A stretch of 64,000 nucleotides of DNA from Eledone cirrhosa (taxonomy: Eukaryota), in NCBI GenBank assembly GCA_964016885.1, contig OZ024758.1, positions 4,464,001-4,528,000 of the forward strand, written 5' to 3'. Below the pieces are notes generated by a model that ran no database searches, was not told the DNA's origin, and saw only the letters and a program-made list of their open reading frames with translations. Position numbers and translations under genes: made by a program. Each line of letters begins with the position of its first letter. The stretch's first letter is position 1. This document shows positions 1-14,089 of this stretch, piece by piece.

Positions 1-696
1 GAACAGCTACAGAGATTAAATCATTTTTAAACACGCTCGAACACTTAACTCCTAAGAGGTAGGGAGTTATGTAGTTCAATTAGTTTGCTCTGGTTTGTAC
101 TCAGCTTAATGGGCACTTGATAAATACTTGTTTTTTTTACACACCAGGGATTAACGATAGAAACATTTTCAAAAATGAAATAAAATAAATTTGAAAAAAT
201 TATAAATGAAATGTAAATAAATTTAAAAGGATATAATGATTTAATATTTAATGTTGAGCTAAAACAGTAAGCCAATTAAAAATAAAACCTTGCATTATTG
301 ATTATAAAGTTCAGTTTATGAGATAGGTTGAACTAAAACTATATATTAATGCTGGTAATTATGGCAGCAATAACACTCAAAAAAGTTAAGTCAGTAACAT
401 CTTTGTGTATGTAGATGCAAAGATCAAATCGCATCGATTCGAAATTTCAGGTCTATTTACATGGTTTTTTAATGGAATAAGTGAAGAGCAGGAAAATATT
501 TGATTCATTCTGGCATCCGTATCGCTAATTTACAAGATATTCGACTGAAGTGGAATCCAATATAATCGATATTATATCAGAACGTCATTCCTTCCAGAAA
601 TTGTAACAGCATTGATAAACATATTCTACGTATCTTCTATGTCCCTCTACCTTCTTGGGTAAATGCTGATGTAGTCGACAATCTGTGACGGCTGAG

Positions 697-888
697 GACC
701 TGTCAACTCTCACCGTCCGACAGGAAGATCTCCCACCTACTTTAGGGTGGGTGAGAGATGTCCTCTCTAGTGAAAATGGGTATAGCTTTTATTATGTAAA
801 AATCTCCCCATTTTCTCTCATTTCTCCACGTTTGGGGGCCCTTTTTTTCATGGTATTCCATGTTTGGGTTTTTAGAGGTTAGCAGGAT
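697..888 (+). mobile_element. ~190-bp MITE-like repeat, family M1 (imperfect TIR ~CAGACCTGYCAAC)
   Basis: Starts GACCTGTCAAC and ends GTTAGCAGG. The body matches copies at 7774, 42163, 52297 and 59435. Confidence 0.7.
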
Positions 889-984
889 TGATGTTGTCCT
901 GTATCAATACGATAGTGGCGACATTGAATGAGAAACAAATACCTTTGACTACATTCCCCCATCATACAGCTGTAGTTGTATAAT

Positions 985-1500
985 CAATGAAATTATTGTG
1001 TACAGTACTCAGGTGCACTACACCTCATCAAAGGTGCATGTATAGTACATAGAATAATGTACAAATGTCAGGAGAGTGAACAGTGTATATGTCAGGATAT
1101 ACATGTGTGTGTGTGTGTGTGTATGGAGGGGGAATATCAGGTCTAGTGTTGGCGAATTTCAGGAAGCATGGAGGTTTGAAATGATGCAGTGTCTCGGCAG
1201 ATAACAACTAATGTAAGTAGTTTGTTCCATGCTTCAGCAACTCTGAGCATGAAAATGTTTTCCGAAAGTCACGGAAGCTGTGTTGTTTTCTAACTTTGTA
1301 AGCATGCCCACAGGTGTTAGACACAAGGAAATCAAATATGTGCCCAGGGTTTTTGTTGGAAAGATGGTTAATAAAATTGTGGGTTTTTACCAAGTCAGTT
1401 AGCAGACGACGGAACATCAATGTATCCATGCCCAGGGAAGCAGGACGTTCAGAGTATGGTAGATGCCTGATGGATGTTATGATTGTGCTCAGTTGCTAAT
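985..1500 (-). mobile_element. CR1/L2-type LINE 3' fragment (degenerate)
   Basis: ORF 1208-1429 (TLMFRRLLTDLVKTH...NTCGHAYKVRK...RDFRKTF) resembles the CR1 ORF2 C-terminus (L..RR...DL...YK / TRGH..K / R..FFS). A short 3'-end copy lies at ~5710-5790. Confidence 0.65.
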
Positions 1501-1719
1501 GAAATAATATCAAAAGAGTGAAAGCAGTCCAGATTATTCCCCATGATATTGTATGTAAGGGCAAGATATCAAGATATCTGATATTAAAGCAAAGATAGCC
1601 ATAACATACAGATATTAGATATAACATATATAAGCCTGCAATAATGGTATAATTTAACACATGAGCAAATTGTTGAAGATGCCAGAGATGAAAAGGTGGT
1701 TATATATAGTAGTTTTTAT

Positions 1720-1761
1720 CAATATATATACACACACACACACACACATATATATACACAC

Positions 1762-1792
<31 letters not shown>

Positions 1793-2059
1793 TATATATA
1801 CACACACACACATATATATATATACACACACACATATATATACATATATACACATATATATACACACATATATACACACACACACACATATATACAATGT
1901 ATACATATGTACATATATATATATATATATACACACACATATATATACATATATATATGTATGCATATATACATATATATCTATGATATATATATGTATA
2001 TACACATGTATATATGTATATATATAAATATGAGTATGTATATATTTATATGTATATAA

Positions 2060-2126
<67 letters not shown>

Positions 2127-2195
2127 TGTGTTGATATATATATAACTAAACAATACACACACAAAAAAAAAAAATATATATATACATACATACAT
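1720..2195. repeat. (CA)n/(TA)n compound microsatellite
   Basis: Direct reading of the sequence. Confidence 0.95.
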
Positions 2196-2384
2196 CATAC
2201 ATAATACAATGTTTACTTTCATATGATATTATCTGTTTCGTTTTATTCTGTATTGTAATCATTATCATTTTTTTCTCAATATTTTCATTCAACTTCAATA
2301 ATTATTGTCATTGTTATGTTTACATTCTTTACGTTTGTTATTTCTATCATTTTATGTATCACTTCCGTGTTTACTATCATTATT

Positions 2385-2452
2385 ACCAAATATATATATA
2401 TATATATATAAATACACACACACATGTATATATATATATATATATATATAAC

Positions 2453-2515
<63 letters not shown>

Positions 2516-2516
2516 C

Positions 2517-2561
<45 letters not shown>

Positions 2562-2580
2562 CCAAATATATATATATAAC

Positions 2581-2627
<47 letters not shown>

Positions 2628-2628
2628 C

Positions 2629-2671
<43 letters not shown>

Positions 2672-2716
2672 CCAAATATATATATATATATAACCAAATA
2701 TATATATATATATAAC

Positions 2717-2755
<39 letters not shown>

Positions 2756-2756
2756 C

Positions 2757-2797
<41 letters not shown>

Positions 2798-2824
2798 CCA
2801 AATATATATATATATATATATAAC

Positions 2825-2865
<41 letters not shown>

Positions 2866-2866
2866 C

Positions 2867-2905
<39 letters not shown>

Positions 2906-2906
2906 C

Positions 2907-2945
<39 letters not shown>

Positions 2946-2946
2946 C

Positions 2947-2983
<37 letters not shown>

Positions 2984-2984
2984 C

Positions 2985-3021
<37 letters not shown>

Positions 3022-3022
3022 C

Positions 3023-3057
<35 letters not shown>

Positions 3058-3090
3058 CCAAATATATATATATATATATATATATAAATA
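2385..3090. repeat. Compound minisatellite [ACCAAA(TA)n]x~20
   Basis: A constant ACCAAA anchor is separated by variable (TA)n tracts. Confidence 0.95.
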
Positions 3091-3790
3091 CACACCTATA
3101 TACTGTATATATTAACCATATATGTATATATTATATTTCACTATTTTTCTATATCTGTGTATTTGTCTATTTTATTGTGTTCAACAGTTCTTATCATTAT
3201 TTAATGTTATGTTGATCTTTGTAAGTGTTTAGCTATCAAAATAGATTGTACAAAATTTACAAAATCAAGATATTGTATTTTCTTATCTACTCGCTTCCTG
3301 CAATAAGCATTCTTTTCTGCCAAACAAACTTTTATTTTATTCTTTCCCTTGTTTACTCTTAATGAGATCTGCTATGAGTTTAAAAATGATTGGCTTTTTT
3401 TCTTCCTCTATATCTCTCTGTCTATCTATCTATCTATCTATCTTTTGTGATAACATTTTACACGTTTTTATTGTATGTAAACTTCCCCCTTTGTATTTGT
3501 ACCCTTCTTTTGTGCCCCTGTGGCTAATAAAGAAATATATCTATCTATATCTATCTACCTATAGCTATGTTTCTATATCTACCTATCTATCTATCTCTAT
3601 CTATCTATATCTATATGTCTCTCTCTCTATATATATATATATCCCTCTATCTTTCGCTCTCTCTCTCTTTCTATATTTATATTAATCTCTCTCTATCTCT
3701 TTCTCTCTCCCTCCTCTCTTTCAATGTCTTTCACTCTATATATAGATATATACATATATCACTCTTTAAATATCTCTGTCTCCCCCCCCC

Positions 3791-3824
<34 letters not shown>

Positions 3825-3826
<2 letters not shown>

Positions 3827-3945
3827 CGAAGGAAATGTGGTACGGAACCAGATGGACCATAACGCACCAAAGTACTCAATACTTAGATAGAATTAGCCGT
3901 CGAAACGGCTTCAGCTCTGCCGTCGGGGTCCTACTCGTTCCTATA
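3825..3945. mobile_element. Rearranged Penelope-like pLTR fragment, family H-A (3' half of a hammerhead)
   Basis: 3825-3884 is the reverse complement of ~37113-37173, and 3885-3942 is a direct copy of ~37041-37095. It is flanked by (TA)n on both sides. Confidence 0.6.
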
Positions 3946-4158
3946 TATATATATATATATCACTCTGTAAATATGTCTCCTTCTCTGTCTAAGATTTCTT
4001 CTCGCATAATTAGTTCAGAGGCTTAGTTTCAATAAAGTCTATGGGTAGTTAGAGAGAATCGGATCTACAGGGATATGGCGACTACACGATCTCAGGCTGA
4101 CAGTTACACCTATACAGAGACACTCTTTCCTTTTCTCTTTCATACAAACACACGTTAT

Positions 4159-4348
4159 GGAGGGATTGGCAGTATCGGTAGAGGGTCGGACGCCGTGCTT
4201 TGACGTATGGAGTTACGGCCCTTGCCATTCTGAGATCAAATCCCGCCGAGGTTAAACTTTGCCTTTCATCCTTACGGGGTTGATAAAATAAAGTACCAGT
4301 AATGTACTGGGTATTTGCTGGCCTTGTGCCAAACGTAGAAACAATTAT
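4159..4348 (+). mobile_element. tRNA-derived SINE, family S1 (full length)
   Basis: A box TGGCAGTATCGG, B box GATCAAATCC, core GCCTTTCATCCTTACGGGG..GATAAAATAAAGTACCAG, tail AGAAACAATTAT. Many copies occur in the window. Confidence 0.85.
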
Positions 4349-4349
4349 G

Positions 4350-4376
4350 TAGGTATGTATATATATATACACACAC

Positions 4377-4437
<61 letters not shown>

Positions 4438-4548
4438 TATATATATATAAATATACACACACACATATATATATATAAATATACACACACACACATATAT
4501 ATATATAAATATACACACACACACACATATATATATATATAGACACAC

Positions 4549-4579
<31 letters not shown>

Positions 4580-4742
4580 TATATACACACATATATATAT
4601 ATATACACACATATATATATATATATACACACACACACATATATATATACACACACACACATATATATATATATACACACACACATATATATATATACAC
4701 ACACACATATATATACACACATATATATATATATATACACAC

Positions 4743-4773
<31 letters not shown>

Positions 4774-5010
4774 TATATATATATATGTGTGTGTAGATAG
4801 ATATAAATGTAGATAGATACATAGATGTGTATGTTTGTGTGTGCGTGCGGTTGTTTGTGTGATTGTGTTTGTGTGATTGTGTTTGTGTATGTATCTGTAT
4901 GTATCTCTTTGTCTGCTTGAGTGTGAATGTGTTAGTATGAATGTGTTAGTGTGAATGTGTGTATGTGTGTATGTGTGCCTGTGTGGGAGTAGATGTATGT
5001 AAGTGTGTGT
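4350..5010. repeat. (TA)n(CA)n and (TG)n microsatellite array
   Basis: Direct reading of the sequence. Confidence 0.95.
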
Positions 5011-5208
5011 TAGCCTTCCATTTATTGTCATTATTGATTTTCACACATTCCATGATTTACGAACAGTTCCAGAATCTTCAGTTAATCACTGAATTTCGCT
5101 TGTTTGTCTTTTCTCTTCTTATTTGGGAAACTATGTACAGGTAATTACTTATTTTATGTTGCACATTTAAGGTGTTATTAAATTTCGTCTTGATTGTAAT
5201 TTGGATTT

Positions 5209-5239
<31 letters not shown>

Positions 5240-5884
5240 CAAATTTTTATAATAGTTTTCTTGTATTTTATTATTCTCTTATTTTCACAATACATTCCAA
5301 TGATGAATCTCGGTTCATTATTTTCATTCCAACCAATTTTTTTTTAACAACATGTCTCATTGGTTTACTAAATATTCATACTTATGTAAATGATTATTTT
5401 TATTTTTGTTTTTTCTGTAGAATTAGTTACTCATTGGGTGATAGAAACAATAAAATATATAATATTCAATATTTGTAAAAAGACGTCTATAATATGTAAA
5501 TTGCACCCCTCTCCCCACATCTACACACACAAAGACAAACACGATACACACACACATATATATATATATAATATATATATATATATCATATATAATTAAA
5601 CAACGATTGTTATATACATGTACATGTCATATATTAACAGATAATTTTAAAATTTGTTCTCTCAAGCAACAAGATATCTTAAAATATATATATTGATACT
5701 GATAATGATAATGAAAATTATTGTGTACAGTGCTCAGGTGCACCTCAACTCATCAAATGTGCAGGTATAATACATAGAATAATGTACAACAGCGACAGTT
5801 GGTACAACAACTGCAACATCATTATCACACGACTGTTGGTGCAACAACAACATCATCATCATTATGACACAACAGTGTTACGCC

Positions 5885-6013
5885 CCTTTACGGTTGGAGT
5901 TCAAATCCCGCCGAGGTTAACTTTCCCTTTCATCCTTACCGGGTCGATACAATAAAGTACCAGTAATGTACTGGGATAATTGCTGGCCTTGTGCCAAAAG
6001 TGGAAACAATTAT
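5885..6013 (+). mobile_element. SINE S1, 5'-truncated
   Basis: GTTCAAATCCCGCCGAGGTTAACTTT...GAAACAATTAT. Confidence 0.8.
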
Positions 6014-6307
6014 TACACAACAGTTGGTATAGCAACAACAACCACAACATCATCACACACCAGTTGGTATAGCAACAACAACATCACACAACAGTTGGTA
6101 TAGCAACAACAACAACAACATCACAACAGTTGGTATAGCAACAACAACAACAACAACAACATCACACAACAGTTGGTATAGCAACAACAACAACAACATC
6201 ACAACAGTTGGTACAACAAAAACATGTACCAAATATACGATAAAAGAAAATTGAGTCGAAGGGAGCAAAAATAGACGATAAACAAATAGCAGCACCAACA
6301 TCATCAC

Positions 6308-6340
<33 letters not shown>

Positions 6341-6460
6341 CAGTATTAGTAGTAGTAGTAGTAGCAGTAGTAGTAGTAGTAGCAGCAGTATTAGTAGTAG
6401 TAGTAGTAGTAGCAGCAGTATTAGTAGTAGTAGTAGTAGCAGCAGCAGCATTAGAAGGGG
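6014..6460. repeat. ACAACAGTTGGTATAGC(AAC)n minisatellite followed by (AGC/AGT)n
   Basis: Direct reading. It explains the poly-Leu ORF 6053-6523. Confidence 0.9.
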
Positions 6461-7773
6461 GAGTAGAAGTACAACAGTAAGACCACTAATAACAACATAA
6501 ACAAGATCTAGAACAATCTCCACAAGATAGTGAAAAGATAATTTGATAATGTGAAGTAACTGCTTTGATGTCAGTCCTGCTTTAGAAATCCGATAAAGAA
6601 ATTTGATTTGTAACTATTTTTTTCTTTCCTCTCCTTTCTTTTTGCTCCTATATTTCTCAACTGAATGAAACAATAGAGTTTTCATGGTTAACTTAGCAAG
6701 AATATATAATGCCTCTGCTTGTCGATTAAATATTTTGCCTTGCGAAATTTTGGTGTCGTGTCAAAATCATTTTAACCTCTTGAACGACGAGTTTGAGTTT
6801 TTTCTGGATACAATATCAAATTGAAGGTAATCTTATTTCATTAACAATAAATATCTGAAGTTCTTTTGTTTCTACATATTGTTTGTATAGGAAAGACAGC
6901 TTTTCTTGAATTCATTTTCTCTTTAACAAAATAAAATACATTATATTTGTTTCTTAATATTTAAGTTCATTTAATTACAATTCACCTATAATATCTACTA
7001 TTTAATCTTATAATATATCTAAATGTTGGCTGATTTGAATTAGCTGATTCTCATCGGTAAAAAATAAAATAGGAGCTAATTTGACAACATTTTATTCTGG
7101 TAAATTTTGAAGAACTGAAGAAAAATACATAAAAGGAAATTGTTAATATGTAGAAAGATTTGATATGAATATTTGTTAAAAATTAATATAATACATAATT
7201 CCTTTCAACTTAGCTTGAGCAATAATTAAGTTTAAATTGATATAGTCATTAGAAACATTTTAAAGACAATTAAAATATATCTTCACCTGCTGATGTTGCT
7301 TAACATGCTATCTTAACTATTTCTAAATTAAATAGAGAAGATTTTCATTCAACCTATTCTCAAGTTTGATAGTGCTGTGTGTTGAAATTGCTAATGCTGC
7401 ACACACGCTATCTTCTACATACACAGTTCCTTTGTAGAGCCTCAAGCCTTTGAGTTAACGTCCACTTGCAGCCAACGCATTGCATTGTGTGAAGAATTTT
7501 ACAGATGTTTGTTTCTAATTTCCTTAGCATTGTAAACTTGTTTCTTATTGTTGTTTTTTTTATATCTTCTCAACGGCGAGAAACATTGCTGGGAGTTTCT
7601 TGTTTTGCTAATTAAATGAGATACATTGAAATAAAAGCTGTTTGAAATTCATTGTTTGTAAGACATAGCCAATGGTAACAAGAATGCTGGGCATTCCATG
7701 GGATTTATTTACAGTGGTACCCACTAATTCAATAGCAAAATATATTTTCAATTTTACACTGAACCCCGTAATC

Positions 7774-7966
7774 CAGACCAGCCAACCTCTAAAAATACAA
7801 ATGGGGAGTACCATGAAAAAGAGTGTCCCAAAATGGGGAGAAATGAGGCAAAATAGGGAGATTTTACATAATGAAAGGATATCCATTTTCACAAGAGAAG
7901 GCATCTCTCACCGACTTCAAAGCGCGTGGGATATCTTTCCGTTGAACGGGGAGAGTTGACAAGTCC
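7774..7966 (-). mobile_element. MITE M1 copy
   Basis: CAGACCAGCCAAC...GTTGACAAGTC; a diverged reverse complement of 697-888. Confidence 0.7.
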
Positions 7967-8224
7967 GAAACTAACATACTAATCAGACTGACTTATTCTC
8001 CATTTATCTTCTACAAATCTACTTTGTGATGGGCGAGAGAGAGCTCATCGTCGAAGTTGAAAGGTCTTCCAATGATAACAGGGATGTTGGGCATCCCGTG
8101 TGATTTATTTGCAGTAGTATCCACTAACTCTAAAAGAAAAAACAAATATGTATTTCCAATTTTACACTGAGCCCCGTAATCTCATATTATAAAAAGAAGA
8201 AGAGGAAAGAGGAAACCTGCTTTT

Positions 8225-9050
8225 CAGATAGAACACTGTTGCATTCATGAATATATATTAGTGTTGCTGACATTCCCAGGCGCGTTGAGAATTGAATAGG
8301 GGAACGTGTGGCTTAGAGATACGATGGGTGTGAATGTTTGAGGTGGGTGGTATAATGGTTTATATAGAAGGAGGAAAACTGTGTAATTTTATATTTGGTG
8401 AGATTTTGTTGACATTAACAATTGTGAGGATTTTACCAAGCTTTCAGATATCTTGCAATGGCCATTTTGATAGGAATAGACGTAGATGCTAGTGAGAGCA
8501 AATTGTACATTCATATAAGAGCTGTTTCATGTGTATGGTTGAGATTTAAGTTAGGCCTCGACATATTTGAGCTTTTGTACTTGTGTACTCCCTTTCGACT
8601 GTGTTAATGGATGAACATGATTGAATTTATAAATGTTTCAGGTACATTTTTTTCCTTTATCGAATCCTGTCTCTTTATATGCATTCTTTATACTGGTTCG
8701 TTTTTTTTTTCTTCGAGAAGTTGCGAATACAATCAATTCCCCGTTGTATAAATATGGGTAGGTTATTTAATATATTTAGTTTACCATGGAGGGTGAGTAG
8801 TTGTTGCTTTATGGTTTATGCTAAATAGACATGTTTCTGTTCTATTTTATTTCATTGTTTATTTCGTTGTTGTCTTTATACTTTGTTATTTGATAATGTA
8901 TCCTATATATCTGCTAAGTGTTATATATTGTTTGGGGTTCTCCTGAGTCTTTTATCAAGTTTGTTATCTTACTTCTTTAATAAAGTTGTAATTCTGTGTG
9001 CAGGTATGCTTCTAAAAGGATTTGTAATTTCATGTCACACAGATTAATGG
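8225..9050 (-). mobile_element. Possible heavily decayed L1/Tx1-like LINE ORF2 remnant
   Basis: The minus-strand fragment LTLHGKLNILNN resembles the L1/Tx1 LSxxGKxxIIN motif. There are many stops and frameshifts. Confidence 0.3.
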
Positions 9051-9342
9051 AAAACAAGTTATAAACATTATTATGTTTCTTATTATCTCCCATAATCATT
9101 TTAGGGGATAACGTTACATACTTCCTGTTAATGTATTCCTATGAAACATTTATCCCCTTTGATAAACGTTCAACACATTTAAGGCTGAAGCAAATACCTA
9201 CTCTTTATTTACCTCGTTTCGCTACTACTACAAAAAAATAATTGTTTCTACTTTTGGCAGAAGGCCAGCAATTTTTCCCAGTGCATTACTGGTATTTTTA
9301 ATTTTTCTTCAAAGTCATGACTGCACAGTTTCGCCGATCGAT

Positions 9343-9399
<57 letters not shown>

Positions 9400-9414
9400 A
9401 AATATAGAAATGGC

Positions 9415-9456
9415 TTCTACAGAACTAGAACTGTTTCATTCGAAGCAAATCATCAG

Positions 9457-9459
<3 letters not shown>
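9415..9459 (-). ncRNA. Minimal type-I hammerhead ribozyme motif (family H-B)
   Basis: UUC-CUGAUGA-UUUGCUUCGAAU-GAA-ACAG(UUCUAGUU)CUGU-A-GAA. Intact core, GUA cleavage triplet, weak stem II, flanked by (TA)n. Confidence 0.6.
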
Positions 9460-9515
<56 letters not shown>

Positions 9516-9929
9516 AACAAACATTTGGCTGGGATAAAATATAGATGATAAATTCCACATCATGCTTGTCTAGTACATTATTCTATCACCCAGAGAACAG
9601 AGAGAAATGAAAGACTGTTCTCGCTAGAAATAAACCAGTAAAGAGCAGTAACTCTACACTTAAATGTCTTCTTTGCTACATTATAAAGACTTTACATTCC
9701 AGAAGTTCCGTTAGTCATAGTTAATTTCTACATCCGCTTTTGTTTTTAATTTTCAAACAATTTTCTGAGAAACAACATTGAAATTGCTAATTCTCACGTT
9801 CTTCTTGTAGGTCAAAAGAAGTTGGACACCCAACCCTAGTGACATATAACCTTCTTTAATTCCATGCCTACACATTTAAGGGCACTCGGAGTAGAACCAC
9901 ACAGATGCCTGTGTATATGTGTGAACCTG

Positions 9930-10002
9930 TATATATATATATATATATATACATACACACACACACATATATATATACATACACACACATATACACACAC
10001 AC

Positions 10003-10047
<45 letters not shown>

Positions 10048-10369
10048 TATATATACATATACATACACATATATATACATATACATACACATATATATAC
10101 ATATATATACACATATATATACATAAATATACACATATATATACATATATATACACACATATACATACACACACATATATATACATATATATACACATAT
10201 ATACACATATATATACACACATACACACACATATATATACATATATATACACATATATACGCACATACACACACATATATATACATATATATACACATAT
10301 ATATACCCATATACACACTCACATATATACACACCTATATATATATATACACAAATACATGTATGTGTG

Positions 10370-10431
<62 letters not shown>

Positions 10432-10580
10432 TATATATTTATATGGGTGAGTGTGTGTATATATCTATATATGTGTGTATGGATATATCTATATATGTAT
10501 GTATGTATGTATGTATGCAGCACATAGTAAGAGTATTTATGTAAGTATGTATCAATGTATATGTGTATGTATGTGTATCT
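9930..10580. repeat. (TA/CA/TG)n microsatellite array
   Basis: Direct reading of the sequence. Confidence 0.95.
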
Positions 10581-10698
10581 GTTGATACACACGAATGTAA
10601 CACTTCATTTGTAAACATCACTTTCATGAATGCAATAGTGATGTATATCTTTTCATAGTAGTAAAAAAGTGTGAGAACAAGCAGCACCATTCACTAGA

Positions 10699-10768
<70 letters not shown>

Positions 10769-10930
10769 GAAGAGAGGGAGGGAGAGAGAGAGAGAGAGAG
10801 AGAGAGAACTATTACCTAACGTGTTTACTCTATTTCTAACAAATGTATGTCACAATGACTCCAACAGTACATGCGCCCATACATACATACACTCACACAC
10901 ACACACTCACTCACATACGTACGTACATAT

Positions 10931-11085
10931 ATGATGGCTGCAATTCGATTTCCACTATTACCATCGCTTGATACTTTAGTATGAGCATCACGGACGTGAC
11001 TTTTTAGTCCTCTCTAAGGACTTGCCTATGGCCAACAATACTATGCATCGCAAAAAATGTCACATCAAGCGATGTCTGTGCTTGA

Positions 11086-11125
<40 letters not shown>

Positions 11126-11275
11126 TGCGGAAAGACTTTGCACGAGGCCAATCCAACTCTCTGAACATCGAATGCATTTAATGAAAAAGAAGAACAGGTC
11201 TACATCATTGGATGCAATCAAAGTCGCGGGTTTTATATCAAAGACACCTTCTCCTGGAGAGTTATCTTAATGAAG
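10931..11275 (-). mobile_element. Diverged non-autonomous RTE derivative (family R1)
   Basis: 3' end GATGGCTGC as in the RTE LINE. GTGACTTTTTAGTCC and CATCATTGGAT..CATC match 43846-44440. Confidence 0.6.
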
Positions 11276-11677
11276 ACATTTTTCGCTCCACAAAAAAAAA
11301 TACAAACAGATATACATACACACACATGCATACAAACAGTGAAATAGGCGTACATACCCACATACTCTAGCCGAATACCTTACAATGGCAGAGTCCATCA
11401 AGAGATTCTTCGGAACTGACTGTTATTCTGTTTATGACATCCATATTATATTAAAGAGCAAAGTCAATTGCTAACACTATACAAAACCTATGTAACATGA
11501 AATATCGATAATACGAAGAACGAACAACTCAGCCATCAGGATATGTAAAGTTCTTAACTTATGAGAGGGAAAGATACCATTCAAACGTAATACAGATTTC
11601 TGTGGACAAAATGTGGAGAATTTATGACGTATTGTATGCATAGCCTCTGATTGAAAAGGCAGAAAACCAATCATAGA

Positions 11678-11862
11678 ATAATTGTTTCTACTTTAGGCAC
11701 AAGGCCAGCAATTACCCAGTGCATTACTGGTACTTTATTTCATCGACCCCGTGAGGATGAAAGGCAAAGTTAACCTCGGCGGGATTTGAACTCAGAATGG
11801 CAAGGGACGTAACTATGCGTCAAAGCATGGCGTCCGACTCTCTACCGATACTGCCAATCCAC
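11678..11862 (-). mobile_element. SINE S1, full length, with TSD-like AGAATAAT
   Basis: Near-consensus copy. AGAATAAT occurs at 11675-11682 and 11863-11870. Confidence 0.9.
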
Positions 11863-12629
11863 AGAATAATGCACGTTCCTTTGTGCCTGAACTATGTTAC
11901 AATTATTAATAAACACCACATAAAATCCACCCACCTAGAGTATTTTCAATAAAATTAGTAGCTGAAACATACATCTCTATTGTAAAATGCCTAACCAACT
12001 AGCAATTACAATCATGAAAATGTGGAGAAATTCTATTGTGATAAAAGAAAAGCTATTTGAGAACAAAACAGAAATGACATACATATAATTCAAGATGACT
12101 AGATTACAATGACTAGATGAGCGGCTTAGAATTATTGGGAAAGAAAAGTTGATGAAAATGGCTTGAAAAATAGAACAATGGCGGTGACAGATATTAGAAT
12201 TTCAAAATAAACATTGAGTTATTATAGTGAAAACAATATATCAGCTTGAAACTTAAAGAACAATAGAATGACATTCACCTGTAGGGGAATATAATAACGG
12301 TATCGATTTTGTTCATCATCATCACTAAGAGGTATATTTTGAATATAAATCGAACTGAAACGAAAGTTCATCCGGGTGCAAATATAAGCAGTGACCAGGA
12401 ACAATTACTGAATATGACAATAACAAGTAAAGACAACTCTGTCTTACTAAAGCGAAATAAATTCAATAAGAAAATATTTTGAAAACCTTGAAAATCGCAT
12501 TAACAGGGGTGAAAGTACGTATAAGCCGAACATTTACATCTTTATAATTTTCATTAGAAAATGTAAGTGGTAATGGATTAATGACAAATGACAGAATACT
12601 TGATACACAGAAGATAGTTAAGAATCATC

Positions 12630-13045
12630 AGCATCATCATCATCATCATCATCGTTTAATGTATATCTTCCACGCTAGCATGGGCTAGGAGGCAATAGTC
12701 TCACTTGAGACAAGATTAATCGGGTGACCGTGTCTCGCTCATATAAAACTGTATCTGGCAGGTTTTCTACGGTTGGATGCCCTTCCTAACATCAACCACA
12801 TTTACAGTGTGGACTGGGAGCCTGTTTACCATGTATCCTACACGGCCACATTACAGCGTGGACTGGGAGTTTTTGTCGTGACACCTACACGACCACTTTT
12901 CAATGTGGACTGGGTGTTTTTTTGTCGTGACACCTACACGACCACTTTACAGCGTGGACTGTGTGTTTTTTATCGTGACACCTACACGACCACTTTACAG
13001 CGTGGACTGGGTGATTTTGTCGTGACACCTACACGACCACTTTGT
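12630..13045 (-). mobile_element. Retroposon 3' end with (ATG)n tail and an internal ~49-bp tandem repeat (x~5)
   Basis: (CAT)n, then GGATGCCCTTCCTAAC..CAACCAC. The unit TCGTGACACCTACACGACCACTTTACAGCGTGGACTGGG repeats over ~12797-13045. Confidence 0.6.
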
Positions 13046-13406
13046 GAAGGAGTTTGCAGCCATAGTTTGATACTAATGCGTTGAATCAAATCAACAAGGA
13101 ATATCCTGTAATATATGACAAGAACAAGAAATCACTTCAGAAGTGATACAATCAATTACGGAAATAAAATGAAATAAAAAAAACTTACAGGAAAATAATA
13201 TAAATTTAGAAATAGCTAAAGGTAAGAGATGTATGTCATTGAGAGTCATTATAAAATGTGTAATAATGTTTTACCTGTCTTCCCTATCTGTTATGGGAAT
13301 CCAACAATTTGTCAGTTATGTTTTATCGACGATTGATTGTATATATACATATGCATCTATACACACAAATATAAATATATATATATATGTATATATGTAT
13401 ACATAT

Positions 13407-13518
<112 letters not shown>

Positions 13519-13598
13519 CTATACACACATATATACATCTACATCTATACACACATATATACTTTTACATCTGTACGCATAAATATACATCTGTACAC

Positions 13599-13629
<31 letters not shown>

Positions 13630-13815
13630 TATATATACATATACATCTATAGACATATACATCTATAGACATATACATATACATCTATATATATACATCT
13701 ATACACACATATATATATACACATATATATACATACACACACATATACATATACACACACACATACATATACACACATATATATACACACACACAGATAC
13801 ATATACACACACATA

Positions 13816-13887
13816 TATGATGGCTGCCCCCTCGTTATCGAGTATGGCCATTGCACAATAAAAAAAAAAAAATAAAAAAAAAAAAAA

Positions 13888-13972
<85 letters not shown>

Positions 13973-14051
13973 GCAATAATAATAATAACGACAACAACAA
14001 TAATAATATACATATTCATATATATATACACACACACGCACGCACATAAGC

Positions 14052-14089
<38 letters not shown>

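Noticed and set aside
2385-3090. Repeat-spacer pattern superficially like a CRISPR array (also 12797-13045 and 33560-34510)
   Set aside because: The spacers are simple repeats or near-identical units, the context is eukaryotic, and there are no cas genes.
4159-4260. tRNA genes at the SINE heads (A/B boxes)
   Set aside because: There is no full cloverleaf, and each head is fused to a SINE core and tail.
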